A stretch of 64,000 nucleotides of DNA from an uncultured Dehalococcoidales bacterium (GTDB lineage: Bacteria; Chloroflexota; Dehalococcoidia; GIF9; AB-539-J10), in the NCBI GenBank assembly GCA_964578745.1, contig CAZODZ010000002.1:17123-81122 (forward strand). The letters run 5' to 3'. Shown one piece after another: positions 1 through 9,628 of the stretch. The notes beneath the pieces were generated by a model. The model saw only the letters and a program-made list of their open reading frames with translations. It was not told the DNA's origin and did not search any database. Position 1 is the stretch's first letter; each line of letters starts with the position of its first letter. Position numbers and translations under genes: made by a program.

Positions 1-492
1 GCTGAAGGGCTACCTGTAGGTGCCCTGCCGGTCGATGCGGTATTCTCGCCGGTTCGCAAGGCCAACTACGTGGTGGAACCGATCAACCCGGGTGAGGAAC
101 GGAGCCCCGAACGGCTGGTTATGGAGGTCTGGACTGACGAGACCATAACCCCCTGGGAAGCGATTACACAGAGTGCAGACATACTGATCCGCCAGTTTGC
201 AGCTTTCAAAGGAGTAGAGGCGCCCACTGAGGAACAGGTGCGCCCGCCGTCTGGACTGGCCATCTCGCCGGAGCAGTACAACATGCCGCTGACTGAGGTG
301 GGTCTTTCAACTCGTGCGCACAACAGCTTGCGCCGCGGCGGCATCATGACCCTCGGCCAGTTGATCGAGAAGACCAGGGAGGGTTTGCCTCCTTTGCCTG
401 GCTTCGGAGAGAAGTCTCAGACAGAGGTCGAGGAGCTTCTGACCAGTCTGGGTTATCCAATACCCGAGAAGACAAAGGGGAAGGCCAAGTGA
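1..492 (+). CDS. rpoA: DNA-directed RNA polymerase alpha subunit, C-terminal part (gene starts upstream of the window)
   Basis: The in-frame translation from position 1 reads through the ORF 70..492 into the alpha-CTD motif LSTRAHNSLRRGGI..LGQL. The gene ends at a stop overlapping the rplQ start. Confidence 0.85.
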   Translation, partial: AEGLPVGALPVDAVFSPVRKANYVVEPINPGEERSPERLVMEVWTDETITPWEAITQSADILIRQFAAFKGVEAPTEEQVRPPSGLAISPEQYNMPLTEVGLSTRAHNSLRRGGIMTLGQLIEKTREGLPPLPGFGEKSQTEVEELLTSLGYPIPEKTKGKAK

Positions 493-842
493 GACACCGG
501 GTTTCAGGAAGAAAGCTTGATAGGCCCACGGAGCATCGGCTTGCGTTGTATCGGAACCAAGTCGCCGAACTCATTGACCATGAAAAGATGGTGACAACGG
601 TCGCGAAGGCCAAAGAGGTGAAGGGTCTCACAGAGCGGATGATCACGCTCGGCAAGGAAGGCAGTCTAGCGTCCAGAAGACGTGCGCAGCAGTTCATCAC
701 ACAGGAGCGTGTGGTGAAGAAGGTCTTTGGAGACATTGCCAGACGCTATGCCAATCGGCCCGGCGGTTATGTTCGGCTGGTGCGCATAGGACCGCGTCAC
801 GGTGATGCTGCAGAGATGGCGCAGCTCGAGCTCGTGGAGTGA
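489..842 (+). CDS. rplQ: 50S ribosomal protein L17
   Basis: The 117-aa product has typical L17 sequence (RKLDRPTEHRLALYRNQ...). The GTG start overlaps the rpoA stop (GTGA). Gene order is the conserved rpoA-rplQ. Confidence 0.9.
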   Translation: MRHRVSGRKLDRPTEHRLALYRNQVAELIDHEKMVTTVAKAKEVKGLTERMITLGKEGSLASRRRAQQFITQERVVKKVFGDIARRYANRPGGYVRLVRIGPRHGDAAEMAQLELVE

Positions 843-1606
843 CGTTTCAGAAGTATGCGGCGCTCGTCGAGTATGATGGTGCGCTGTTCCGGGGGTTCCA
901 GATACAGGCGGAGGGTCGCACTGTCCAGGGAGAGATCGAGAAGGCGTTAAGGAACTTGACCGGGAGGGTGATCCGTGTCCAGGGGGCGAGCCGCACTGAT
1001 TCTGGTGTGCATGCGGTTGGTCAGGTGATAAGTTTTTGGGTCCCGGGCGGATTTGAGGAGCGTACGATAGTGCGAGGTCTGAACCATTATTTGGCGGAGG
1101 ACGTCTCCATTCGCGGAGTATGTCGGATTCATGATGACTTCGATGTCCGCCGTAGGGCGGTTGCTCGTCACTATCGTTATGCAATCGTGAATGAAGATAC
1201 TACGGTACCACCTTCCGTTCGACACATGGCGCTGCGTGTTAGACGGGCACTCGACGTGAGCCGTATGCGGGCTGCTGCCCGTGCGCTTGTCGGTGTGCAC
1301 GATTTCTGTTCTTTTGCAACGTCCCTCGACGAGGCGGGTTCAACTGTGCGGCAGGTATATGAGGCGCGTGTCCTTGACCATGGGAGCGTGATCGAGTTCT
1401 GGATTGCCGCCAATGCATTCCTGCGGCATCAGGTGCGTAATACCGTTGGCCAGCTGCTACAGGTAGGATTCGGTCGGAGTGGGGTTGAGGTGTTCCATGA
1501 GCTGGTGAACAGACCGCAGCGCGGGGCTGCTGGACCGGCCGCTGATGCCAGAGGACTATGCCTTGTCAAAGTGACGTATGAGGCACCGCTGCAATTCGCT
1601 GCGTGA
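839..1606 (+). CDS. truA: tRNA pseudouridine(38-40) synthase
   Basis: The product contains [12 protein letters not shown] and the catalytic RTDSGVHA motif. The GTG start overlaps the rplQ stop. Confidence 0.85.
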   Translation: MTFQKYAALVEYDGALFRGFQIQAEGRTVQGEIEKALRNLTGRVIRVQGASRTDSGVHAVGQVISFWVPGGFEERTIVRGLNHYLAEDVSIRGVCRIHDDFDVRRRAVARHYRYAIVNEDTTVPPSVRHMALRVRRALDVSRMRAAARALVGVHDFCSFATSLDEAGSTVRQVYEARVLDHGSVIEFWIAANAFLRHQVRNTVGQLLQVGFGRSGVEVFHELVNRPQRGAAGPAADARGLCLVKVTYEAPLQFAA

Positions 1607-1641
1607 TGCGGATGGGTGGCAGTGCACATGGAGATGAGTCG

Positions 1642-2073
1642 ATGCAGACGTACAGTCCGAAGCTGAAAGATATTGAGAGGGAGTGGCATGTGATTGATGC
1701 CGCTGGCAAGACTCCTGGCGAAGTTGCCACACGCGCAGCCGTGCTTCTCCGCGGAAAACATAAGCCTATATTTGCCCGGCATATCGACACGGGTGACTAT
1801 GTTATTGTTCTCAACGCAGCCAGGGTTGTTGTCACGGGCAACAAGAAGACACAGAAGATATACTACCGACACTCGGGCTACCCCGGTGGATTGAGAGCTC
1901 CGACGCTCGAAGACGTGATGAGGAAGGACCCGAGGAGGGTGATAGAGCATGCTGTCAAAGGCATGCTCCCCAAGAATGCTCTGGGCCGTGCGATGTACCG
2001 CAGACTGCGCGTGTATGCCGGGGCAGAGCATCCTCACCAGGGTCAGCTTGCACAGAGAGAAGGTGAACGCTGA
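1642..2073 (+). CDS. rplM: 50S ribosomal protein L13
   Basis: The L13 sequence is [23 protein letters not shown]... A GGAG RBS lies 9 nt upstream of the ATG at 1642. The ORF track start at 1603 is probably too long. Confidence 0.85.
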   Translation: MQTYSPKLKDIEREWHVIDAAGKTPGEVATRAAVLLRGKHKPIFARHIDTGDYVIVLNAARVVVTGNKKTQKIYYRHSGYPGGLRAPTLEDVMRKDPRRVIEHAVKGMLPKNALGRAMYRRLRVYAGAEHPHQGQLAQREGER

Positions 2074-2468
2074 TGGCCGATGCAGCTTATGTCTGGGGGA
2101 CAGGTCGACGTAAGACCGCAATAGCGCAGGTCCGGCTGTATGCCGGTAATGGTGAGATCAATGTCAATGGCAAACCGCACGCCGAAGTCTTTCCACGACT
2201 CGAACTCAGGCGTATGGTTGAGTCACCACTGCAGGTCACGGATCTTGCCGATAAGTTCCGTGTCGAAGTGAAGGTTCAAGGCGGTGGTATCAGTGCCCAA
2301 GCCGGTGCTATTCGACTCGGTATCGCTAGGGCACTTGTCCGGGAGAGTGTGGCTCTCAAGCCGATCCTGCGCAAAGAGGGGTTCCTGACACGGGACCCGC
2401 GTGTTAAGGAGCGCAAGAAACCCGGGCTGCGGCGCGCCCGCAAGGCTCCTCAGTACACCAAGCGGTAG
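2073..2468 (+). CDS. rpsI: 30S ribosomal protein S9
   Basis: The 131-aa product ends in the conserved S9 C-terminus ...RKAPQYTKR. The start overlaps the rplM stop. Confidence 0.9.
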   Translation: MADAAYVWGTGRRKTAIAQVRLYAGNGEINVNGKPHAEVFPRLELRRMVESPLQVTDLADKFRVEVKVQGGGISAQAGAIRLGIARALVRESVALKPILRKEGFLTRDPRVKERKKPGLRRARKAPQYTKR

Positions 2469-2506
2469 TCGTCCCCCAACTACAGCCCTTGTGAAGAGGT
2501 GCTTCA

Positions 2507-2548
2507 GAAGGGTGGCAGCGGAACACAAGCTGCCACCCTTCTTTCTTA
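2507..2548 (+). terminator. Rho-independent terminator of the rplM-rpsI operon
   Basis: A perfect 13-bp inverted repeat (gaagggtggcagc / gctgccacccttc) surrounds a 9-nt loop and is followed by tttctt. It lies 40 nt after the rpsI stop. Confidence 0.7.
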
Positions 2549-3024
2549 CGTGCGAACGCCACATTCAGCCTTCCTCGCAGCGCGGTGACCGTTGAGTGAA
2601 CGGTGTCAATGACGTAACATGGTACTTGAAGCTGACAGACCTTCCTGATCCTGCTGATGCTGTGGCGCTGTGACAGACACGTCATCAAACAATGTTCTAC
2701 ATTCGTGCTGTACTTGATGGTGGTGTTGCAGTCGGGCAGTTGCAGGGCCTTCTGTCGAACTCCGGGTACGGGTGGGTTGGCTGAAGGGTGACCATGGTGG
2801 TAGTGTGTGCGCTTGCTGGTAAGCCGACGCTTGTGTACATGGAGCTTCCAATGGGCGTATATCGCTTCGACAGGATGGAGGGATACCCAGTGCACGTATC
2901 TGGAGGGGTGCGCAGAGAGCCTCGTTCTCCAGTTGGGGGGTCAGCCGCTCTTTTCTGTGGGTCTGAGAACAGCGCTGTAAAATCCGAGGGGGCGCGTACA
3001 TGCCAGTCAAGGAGGGCCGTTTGT

Positions 3025-3330
3025 ATGGCAATTAATAAGCCATGGCTGAGATTTACACGTGAGAATGTTGAGAAGGCTCCTGATTGTCAGGGAATCTACG
3101 AGATATGCAGTCTCACCCCTGAGGGCAAGAGGCTCTGGCGATTGGGGAAGGTGCATAACCTCAGGCAGCGGCTTATTACCCGCTTGACCGATCCACCGCC
3201 CCCTGAGAACTGCTACTTTCGCTACTTCGAAGCCGGGCTCTCCCATGACATTGACGTCCTTGCTGGCGCGCTCTTTGACAGCTACACACGGCCAGCTCGA
3301 GAAGCCTGGGAAGAGGAAAATAAGCCCTAG
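3025..3330 (+). CDS. small GIY-YIG domain protein (UPF0213/YhbQ-like)
   Basis: GIYEI, followed after 9 aa by RLWRLGKVHNLRQRLITRL, fits the GIY-YIG motif pair. An AGGAGGG RBS lies 8 nt upstream of the ATG at 3025. The longer ORF from 2788 has no support. Confidence 0.55.
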   Translation: MAINKPWLRFTRENVEKAPDCQGIYEICSLTPEGKRLWRLGKVHNLRQRLITRLTDPPPPENCYFRYFEAGLSHDIDVLAGALFDSYTRPAREAWEEENKP

Positions 3331-3371
3331 CAGGTCTCGCACCTCTCTGTGCGGATTACAGAGAAGGAAAA

Positions 3372-3445
3372 TGGGCCATTGTGGACTCGAACCACAGACC
3401 CCGGTCTTATCAGGACCGTGCTCTAGCCGACTGAGCTAATGGCCC
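3372..3445 (-). tRNA. tRNA-Ile (anticodon GAT)
   Basis: The reverse complement folds as GGGCCATTAGCTCAGTCGGCTAGAGCACGGTCCTGATAAGACCGGGGTCTGTGGTTCGAGTCCACAATGGCCCA. It has a 7-bp acceptor stem, a GGTTCGAGTCC T-arm and the anticodon loop CTGATAA. CCA is not encoded. Confidence 0.85.
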
Positions 3446-3503
3446 GACGTTTATACTATAGCGTGTTCGGGGCAGCAGCTGCAAGATGTGTGTATGCAGG
3501 TGT

Positions 3504-3728
3504 CTACGCTTCCTCTATCGAGACAAGGTTATCGCCGATCTGGACGCTTGTCTCGGGTGAGACCATCACCTCGATAACAGTCCCATCCGTCGTTGCCACT
3601 ATCTCGTTTTCCATTTTCATGGCTTCGATGGTAAGGAGAAGGTCCCCTTCCTTGACCTTTTGACCAGCGGTAACCTTGACGCTCAGAACCTTGCCTGGCA
3701 GGGGTGAGGTAATGACTTCTGTCGCCAC
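3504..3728 (-). CDS. biotin carboxyl carrier subunit of the Na+-translocating decarboxylase
   Basis: The 74-aa product is a biotinyl domain with the EAMKM biotinylation motif. It is the last gene of the decarboxylase operon. Confidence 0.85.
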   Translation of the reverse strand: MATEVITSPLPGKVLSVKVTAGQKVKEGDLLLTIEAMKMENEIVATTDGTVIEVMVSPETSVQIGDNLVSIEEA

Positions 3729-3759
3729 GATATCTTTTCCTCCAGTGCGTATTGCTCAA

Positions 3760-5322
3760 TCAGAGCGGTATGTTGCCATGTCGCTTCTCAGGAAGTGTCT
3801 CTCGTTTGTCTTCGAGAATGGTGAAAGTCTGTGCGAGTTTGACCCTGGTCTCCTGCGGGTCGATGACGTCGTCTACGGAGCCGCGCTCGGCGGCCCTGTA
3901 CGGATTGGAGAAGAACTCTTGGTATTCCGCGATCCGCCTCGCACGGACTTCAGCAGGGTTCTCGGCGTTCTTGATCTCCCGTGCGAAGATAATCTCGGCT
4001 GCGCCGCTTGCGCCCATGACCGCGATCTCGGCCGATGGATACGCAAGGACTACGTCAGCTCCAAGGTACTTTGAGCACATGCCAACGTATGCCCCCCCAT
4101 AGGCCTTGCGCAGGATCAGCGTCACCTTGGGGACGGTAGCCTCAGAGTAGACATACAACAACTTGGCACCGTGCCTGATAATTCCGCCGTGCTCCTGGAC
4201 CGTACCTGGCATGTAGCCCGGAACATCGACGAGCGTCAGCAACGGGATGTTGAAGCAATCGCAGAATCGTATGAAGCGCGACGCCTTGTCAGATGCGTTG
4301 ATATCAATAACGCCAGCCATGAACTTTGCCTGGTTGGCTATGATACCGATTGTCTTCCCTCCAAGATGGGCGAAGCCAACGACGATATTGGTAGCGAAAT
4401 ACTTGTGCACCTCAAGGAATTGCCCTTCATCCACAATCCTCGTGATGATCTCTCTCACGTCGTATGGCTTGTTGGGGTCTGCGGGCACCACGTCACGCAG
4501 CGCAGGCTCAAGGCGAGTCACAGGGTCGGCTGAAACAGACTGTGGCGGCCGCTCGCGATAGTTTTGAGGGATATATGACAGCAGTTGACGCACCGTCTCG
4601 ATCGCGCCGACGTCGTCGGGCGCAAGAAAATGCGCGACGCCGCTCTTCTGGTTGTGTACCAATCCGCCGCCGAGTTGTTCGTGGGTGACTTCTTCGGATA
4701 GGACGCTCTTCACCACGGCTGGCCCAGTGATATACATGGTGCTGGATTTGCGTGTCATGATGATGAAATCGGTAATTGCGGGAGAATACACTGCTCCCCC
4801 CGCTGTAGGTCCCAGAATCACCGAAATCTGCGGAATTACGCCCGATGAGCGTGAGTTTCGGAAAAATATCCTTCCGTATCCATCCAGAGCGTCGACACCC
4901 TCCTGGATGCGTGCTCCACCCGAGTCAAGAAGGGCGATACAGGGTATGCCTGTTTGAAGTGCGAGGTCCTGCGTCCGCGCGATCTTTAGCGCATGAGTCT
5001 CCCCAAGCGAGCCGCCCATTACGGTGAAGTCTTGCGCGTACAACGCGACCTTTCTACCGTTGACAGTACCGACACCAGTGACGACGCCGTCTGCTGGAAG
5101 TTCCATCTTGTCGAGGTCGTAGTACGTAGACCGGGTGCGCATGAACGCGTCGTATTCGACGAAGGATCCTTCATCGACCAGCAAAGCCACGCGTTCGCGG
5201 GCGGTGAGCTTTCCTTTCTCGTGCTGCGCTTCAACCCGTTCTGGACCGCCATGAGCGTAGATGGCCGCGCGTTTCTGCTGCAGTTGCTCCAGCTTGCTCA
5301 ATTCTCCGTTCCTGTCTGCCAT
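3760..5322 (-). CDS. methylmalonyl-CoA / acyl-CoA carboxyltransferase (decarboxylase alpha subunit)
   Basis: The sequence is a carboxyltransferase (ADRNGELSKLEQL..., with GG-rich oxyanion motifs). An AGGAGG RBS precedes the ATG at 5322. The ORF track N-extension to 5439 overlaps the upstream gene and is rejected. Confidence 0.85.
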   Translation of the reverse strand: MADRNGELSKLEQLQQKRAAIYAHGGPERVEAQHEKGKLTARERVALLVDEGSFVEYDAFMRTRSTYYDLDKMELPADGVVTGVGTVNGRKVALYAQDFTVMGGSLGETHALKIARTQDLALQTGIPCIALLDSGGARIQEGVDALDGYGRIFFRNSRSSGVIPQISVILGPTAGGAVYSPAITDFIIMTRKSSTMYITGPAVVKSVLSEEVTHEQLGGGLVHNQKSGVAHFLAPDDVGAIETVRQLLSYIPQNYRERPPQSVSADPVTRLEPALRDVVPADPNKPYDVREIITRIVDEGQFLEVHKYFATNIVVGFAHLGGKTIGIIANQAKFMAGVIDINASDKASRFIRFCDCFNIPLLTLVDVPGYMPGTVQEHGGIIRHGAKLLYVYSEATVPKVTLILRKAYGGAYVGMCSKYLGADVVLAYPSAEIAVMGASGAAEIIFAREIKNAENPAEVRARRIAEYQEFFSNPYRAAERGSVDDVIDPQETRVKLAQTFTILEDKRETLPEKRHGNIPL

Positions 5323-5377
5323 ACTGTCACCTCCTCGTGATATGTGGTGAGGCACGAGCGCCCCCGCCTCCGCCTTC

Positions 5378-6763
5378 CTAACCAAGTATGCCCAGGAACA
5401 CACCACCTGCAATAGCTGCACCGATGGCTCCTGCCACATTGGGGCCCATGGCGTGCATCAGGAGAAAGTTCCGCGGATTCTCTTTCTGGCCGAGCACCTG
5501 CACGACACGCGCGGACATCGGCACCGCCGAGACACCTGCTGCCCCAATCATTGGGTTGATCTTCTCTTTCGAGAAGAGGTTCATGAACTTGGCTAGCAAT
5601 ACGCCTGCCCCGGCTGCACTTGCGAACGCGACGACGCCCAGCACAAGGACAAGCAGCGTACGGGGTTGAAGGAAGTTTTCCGCAGGCATGCTGGCGCCGA
5701 TGGCAAGTGTCAGGAATATCGTGAGAATGTCGACCAGTCCATCCTGTGCCGTATTGCTCAGGCGTTCAACGACGCCTGATTCGCGGAATAGATTGCCCAC
5801 CATGAACAGCCCTATCAACGGTGCTGATGAAGGGACGAAGAGGATCACGACAATCGTAGTAATAATCGGGAACAATATCTTCTCTTGTTTGCTCACGGGT
5901 CGCAGCTGCGGCTTCATGTAAATCTTGCGCTCTTCCTTCGTCGTGAGCAGCCGGATGACGGGTGGTAGGATAACGGGTACTAGGGCCATGTATGAATAGC
6001 ACGCCACGGCGGTCGCGCCGATGATTTGTGGCGCGAGAACGGAGGTAACGTATATCGTGGTGGGGCCTTCCGCTCCGCCTATGATCCCGATCGAGGCGGC
6101 CTCTGGCATGGTGAACCCGCTGAGCAGCGCCAGGAAGAAGGCGAAATACACACCGAACTGGGCTGCAGCGCCGAGAAGGAGCGTCTTTGGGTTTGCCAGC
6201 ATCGGCCCGAAATCAGTAAGGGCGCCGAGACAGAGGAACATGAGTGGAGGCAGAATCTGCCACATTACACCGTATTGAAAGATCCTCGCCAGAATGCCGA
6301 CAGGGGATGTCGGGTGCTGGCTCTGGTCTGTTTGTTCTTGAGTGAGGATTCGTGCGATCGTCTGGCCTTTTTCGACTTCGTCACCCTCATTGACCATCCA
6401 TTTATCAACCCGGCCGAACACTGGTGCCGGGATGGTGCTCGTGGTGGTGCCTGATTCGATTGTGACAAGCGTGGTGCCTTTGCTGAAGCGCGTGACCTCT
6501 TCAGTGTCGATGCTTACCACAGTCCCAGCCACAGGAGACTCCAGGTTGAGGGCGTAGTCCATCGTTCCACCGAGTGGCAGGTTTACGAGTATCATGCCGA
6601 ACCCGATTGGCAAGAGAAGCAGAGGTTCCATCTTCTTGGAGATGGCGAGGTAGATGAGGAGTCCGCCGATGGCTAGCATGACAGCATTTCCCCAGAAGAA
6701 ATGCTGCAAGCCACTTTCTAGTAGACCAAACACGTCAAGTCCTCCGTGAATGAGGTGTGCCAC
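5378..6763 (-). CDS. Na+-transporting decarboxylase beta subunit (OadB/MmdB/GcdB family) with an inserted biotinyl-like domain
   Basis: It carries the conserved family motifs TDFGPMLANP, LLMHAMGPNVAG and GVSAVPMSARV. The cytoplasmic loop carries an extra beta-barrel-like segment of about 60 aa. Confidence 0.85.
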   Translation of the reverse strand: MAHLIHGGLDVFGLLESGLQHFFWGNAVMLAIGGLLIYLAISKKMEPLLLLPIGFGMILVNLPLGGTMDYALNLESPVAGTVVSIDTEEVTRFSKGTTLVTIESGTTTSTIPAPVFGRVDKWMVNEGDEVEKGQTIARILTQEQTDQSQHPTSPVGILARIFQYGVMWQILPPLMFLCLGALTDFGPMLANPKTLLLGAAAQFGVYFAFFLALLSGFTMPEAASIGIIGGAEGPTTIYVTSVLAPQIIGATAVACYSYMALVPVILPPVIRLLTTKEERKIYMKPQLRPVSKQEKILFPIITTIVVILFVPSSAPLIGLFMVGNLFRESGVVERLSNTAQDGLVDILTIFLTLAIGASMPAENFLQPRTLLVLVLGVVAFASAAGAGVLLAKFMNLFSKEKINPMIGAAGVSAVPMSARVVQVLGQKENPRNFLLMHAMGPNVAGAIGAAIAGGVFLGILG

Positions 6764-6797
6764 AGTGTGGCATTGTCATGAGCAGCCACACGGATGC

Positions 6798-6938
6798 TCA
6801 GTCTTTGCTCTTCTCTCTTGTGGTCTGGGTCGCGATGCGCGAGCCCACAGTGATGAGTGCCGCAAGGATGACCAGCAGAAGGAACACCATTCCGAAGCCG
6901 CCAGCGGCAATCTGGATCGCGAAATCCCAATCTATCAT
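6798..6938 (-). CDS. OadG-like small membrane subunit of the decarboxylase (46 aa, not in the ORF track)
   Basis: I translated it manually as MIDWDFAIQIAAGGFGMVFLLLVILAALITVGSRIATQTTREKSKD. It has a single TM helix and an OadG-like N-terminus. It sits 34 nt upstream of the beta subunit on the same strand. Confidence 0.6.
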   Translation of the reverse strand: MIDWDFAIQIAAGGFGMVFLLLVILAALITVGSRIATQTTREKSKD

Positions 6939-7040
6939 GTTTCAGTACCTAGTGGGTCGGCGGAAGGCTGTAACTCAGATCGTCTCAGCCTGACAGCCCC
7001 CCGCTTTGTGGCCTAATAGTGTACCATGCCGCCCCTGTCG

Positions 7041-7568
7041 CTACGAGACATCTTCCGGGCTTCTCACGCTGGACAGCGTTCTGGCGACCGTAGAGTGTGT
7101 GAACCCGCGGTTGTACAGATAGCGCGAGAGGCGTCGTACGAACGTCTCATGTTGCAGTCCTGTCATCGAGGCCGCCTTGTGTCGGGCCAGTTCAAGCGCG
7201 ACTACGTCATCGTCTATCCCTTCCGTCAAGCGGTCAGCCAGCTCCGGTGCAATGCCCTTATCCCTGAGTTCCTTGCGGATGAGCCGTCTACTTCTAGGTC
7301 TGAAGGCCTGGCGGCTTTCACTCCACGACCTGGCAAACGCGTCATCGTCAAGAAGGCCCTGCTGCAGAAGTCTGCTGATGGCTTCTTCGACTACCCTCGT
7401 CGGGAATCCTGCTGCCTGTAGGCTCCTCCTGATTTCGGCAGTACTGCGCATGCGGTGCTGCAGCAGCCTGTAGGAACGTTCCATCGCTTGTTCTATTCCG
7501 TGTCGTGGGGCCATTAGACAAGATGGTGTGCGATTAGTCTTGCGGCTGGGTCGACTGGATGTCTTCAC
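7041..7568 (-). CDS. recX: recombination regulator RecX
   Basis: The RecX-like helical repeats lie immediately downstream of recA. The start is ambiguous. The ATG at 7568 overlaps the recA 3' end by 35 nt, and the ATG at 7514 lies 20 nt after the recA stop. Confidence 0.7.
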   Translation of the reverse strand: MKTSSRPSRKTNRTPSCLMAPRHGIEQAMERSYRLLQHRMRSTAEIRRSLQAAGFPTRVVEEAISRLLQQGLLDDDAFARSWSESRQAFRPRSRRLIRKELRDKGIAPELADRLTEGIDDDVVALELARHKAASMTGLQHETFVRRLSRYLYNRGFTHSTVARTLSSVRSPEDVS

Positions 7569-8595
7569 CGCCTTCTACCGGCTTGAGCGCCGCAAGTGAT
7601 TGGCGTATCTCCCGCTCGATCGTTGAGGCTATTTCCGGGTTCTGTCTTAGGAACTCACGCGCGTTCTCGCGCCCCTGACCCAGCCTGTGCTCTCCATAGG
7701 TAAGGAATGCCCCGGCTTTCTTGATGATGCCTGCGCTCACCCCGAGGTCGAGCAGGTCCCCTTCCTTACTGATGCCATGATAGAACAGAATGTCGAATTC
7801 TGCTGTGCGGAAAGGTGGTGCGACCTTGTTCTTGACTACGCGTGCCTTAACACGCATGCCGACAATTTCCGTCCCTCGTTTCAGCGACTCTCCCCTCCGG
7901 AGGTCGATGCGGACAGAGCTGTAGAATTTCAGCGCGCGGCCCCCTGGCGTAACCTCCGGATTGCCGAAGATGATGCCGACCTTCTCCCTCAGCTGATTGA
8001 TGAAGACAACTGCGGTCCGGGACCGGCTGATGGAGGCGGTTAGCTTCCTCAAAGCCTGTGACATGAGTCTGGCTTGGAGGCCGACATGCGAGTCACCCAT
8101 GTCGCCCTCTATCTCGGCCTTCGGCACCAGCGCGGCAACGCTGTCTACCACAATAACATCGATGCCGGAACTGCGCACAAGGTGCTCCGCTATTTCGAGT
8201 GCCTGCTCTCCCGTGTCTGGCTGGGAGATGTAAAGGTCGTCGATATTGACGCCGCAGGCCCTGGCGTACTGCGGATCAAGGGCATGCTCAGCATCTATGT
8301 AGAGGGCCCGTCCGCCAGCCTTCTGTGCCTCAGCAATGATGTGCTGTGCGAGGGTTGTCTTGCCGGATGATTCCGAGCCGAATATTTCCGTAACCCTGCC
8401 GCGGGGAATGCCCCCGACGCCGAGAGCCATGTCAAGCGAAAGCGAACCGGTAGGGACAACATCTACATGCTGTGTGGCTACCTGCCCGAGCCGCATCAAT
8501 GAGCCGCGCCCAAACTGCCTTTCGATCTGTTCAATGGCGAGTTCGACTGCCTTTTCCTTATCAGTGGTCATCGTGTCCTGCCTTTCACTGCCCAC
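7534..8595 (-). CDS. recA: recombinase RecA
   Basis: It has the Walker A motif [11 protein letters not shown] and full-length RecA conservation. The start may be the internal M at 8572. Confidence 0.95.
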   Translation of the reverse strand: MGSERQDTMTTDKEKAVELAIEQIERQFGRGSLMRLGQVATQHVDVVPTGSLSLDMALGVGGIPRGRVTEIFGSESSGKTTLAQHIIAEAQKAGGRALYIDAEHALDPQYARACGVNIDDLYISQPDTGEQALEIAEHLVRSSGIDVIVVDSVAALVPKAEIEGDMGDSHVGLQARLMSQALRKLTASISRSRTAVVFINQLREKVGIIFGNPEVTPGGRALKFYSSVRIDLRRGESLKRGTEIVGMRVKARVVKNKVAPPFRTAEFDILFYHGISKEGDLLDLGVSAGIIKKAGAFLTYGEHRLGQGRENAREFLRQNPEIASTIEREIRQSLAALKPVEGGEDIQSTQPQD

Positions 8596-8616
8596 GACTG
8601 GTTGTGGTAGTGGGAC

Positions 8617-9561
8617 CTACTTTCTCCTGACCTCCCGGCCTACTTTCCAAACGTGTTCTTCCTCGGGTGCGTGGACATCTCCTCGCGCGCTGCCACCCTT
8701 GCGACCCTGCCAGACCGGCTTCCTCTTCTGAAGGAATGCGTTTTGCCCTTCATTCCCATCCCGTGTCAGAGACTGCATGACGATAAGTTCGGTGCCGTAA
8801 CGGAATGCGTGGCGCTCATTGAGGTCCTGTATGTTGTACAGGAACTGTTTCTCCCATCTTACTACCAGGGGCGCGTTTGCAGCTATTGACTTGGCCATCT
8901 CCCAAGCTTTCTCATCAAGCTCCGAATCGGGATAAACATAGTTGACCAGTCCCGCTTCTTTGGCCCACTCAGCCGACCTTGCTTCTGCCGTGAGAAGTAG
9001 CTCGTGTATGCGTTTCCTTAGGAAGGACTTGTACGAACCTGCTGTCGGTGTGTAGCAGCCGAAGCCAACCTTTCCACCGGGCAGGGCGAAGCGTGAGTCA
9101 GTCGAGGCAAGCACGATGTCTGAGCTTCCTGCGAGTGCCACTCCGAACGCGTAGCAGTTACCCCTCACCACGGCGATCACAGGAACCGTGATGCTGCCAG
9201 CCATGAACTGCAGCATCCTGGGCGTTCTCTCAAAATACCAGCGTTGGCTAAGGAGATCCTTGTTCGTGAAGGCAGTGAAGTCACCACCTGAGCAGAAATG
9301 CTCTCCCGATGATCTCAGCAGAGCGCAGGAGATATCCGGGTTGTCCTCAATAAGCTGCAGCGCATCGGTCATCTCTTCGATGAGGGTTACACTCAGGGCG
9401 TTCTGTACCTGGGGGCGATTTAGCGTAATTACTGCAACGTGGCTGGACGTGTCCCACTCCAAGACAATGTCGTTGTATTCGCGTGGTACAGGGAAAGTGG
9501 GCGTATAGGGAGGATAAGTACCCGATGACTGCATCTTCAGAACTGTTGGGTGAAAGTTCAT
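8617..9561 (-). CDS. enoyl-CoA hydratase/isomerase (crotonase) family protein
   Basis: It has the crotonase fold motifs (ITLNRP..., GGD oxyanion region, ...FLQKRKP). A GGAGG RBS favours the ATG at 9561, the third M of the listed ORF. Confidence 0.8.
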   Translation of the reverse strand: MNFHPTVLKMQSSGTYPPYTPTFPVPREYNDIVLEWDTSSHVAVITLNRPQVQNALSVTLIEEMTDALQLIEDNPDISCALLRSSGEHFCSGGDFTAFTNKDLLSQRWYFERTPRMLQFMAGSITVPVIAVVRGNCYAFGVALAGSSDIVLASTDSRFALPGGKVGFGCYTPTAGSYKSFLRKRIHELLLTAEARSAEWAKEAGLVNYVYPDSELDEKAWEMAKSIAANAPLVVRWEKQFLYNIQDLNERHAFRYGTELIVMQSLTRDGNEGQNAFLQKRKPVWQGRKGGSARGDVHAPEEEHVWKVGREVRRK

Positions 9562-9628
9562 TGTCATAGCCTCCAGTCCGCCTCATCCTCGGGCAGCAGC
9601 ATGATGCAGGCCATTATACATCAGGGTT

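Noticed and set aside
2788-3024. N-terminal 79-codon extension of the GIY-YIG ORF
   Set aside because: An AGGAGGG RBS sits 8 nt before the internal ATG at 3025, and the GIY-YIG domain starts right after it. The upstream extension has no conserved features.
2549-3024. RNase P RNA, tmRNA or SRP RNA in the long intergenic stretch
   Set aside because: There is no AGGAAAGTCCGGGCTCC-type P4 sequence, no tmRNA tRNA-like 3' end (GGTTCGAATCC...CCA) and no SRP GGAAG/AGCAGC domain IV motif. I left it as unexplained intergenic DNA.
5323-5439. N-terminal extension of the carboxyltransferase ORF
   Set aside because: It would overlap the upstream beta-subunit gene by 60 nt. The conserved carboxyltransferase N-terminus (MADRNGELSKLEQ) begins at 5322 and has a perfect AGGAGG RBS.
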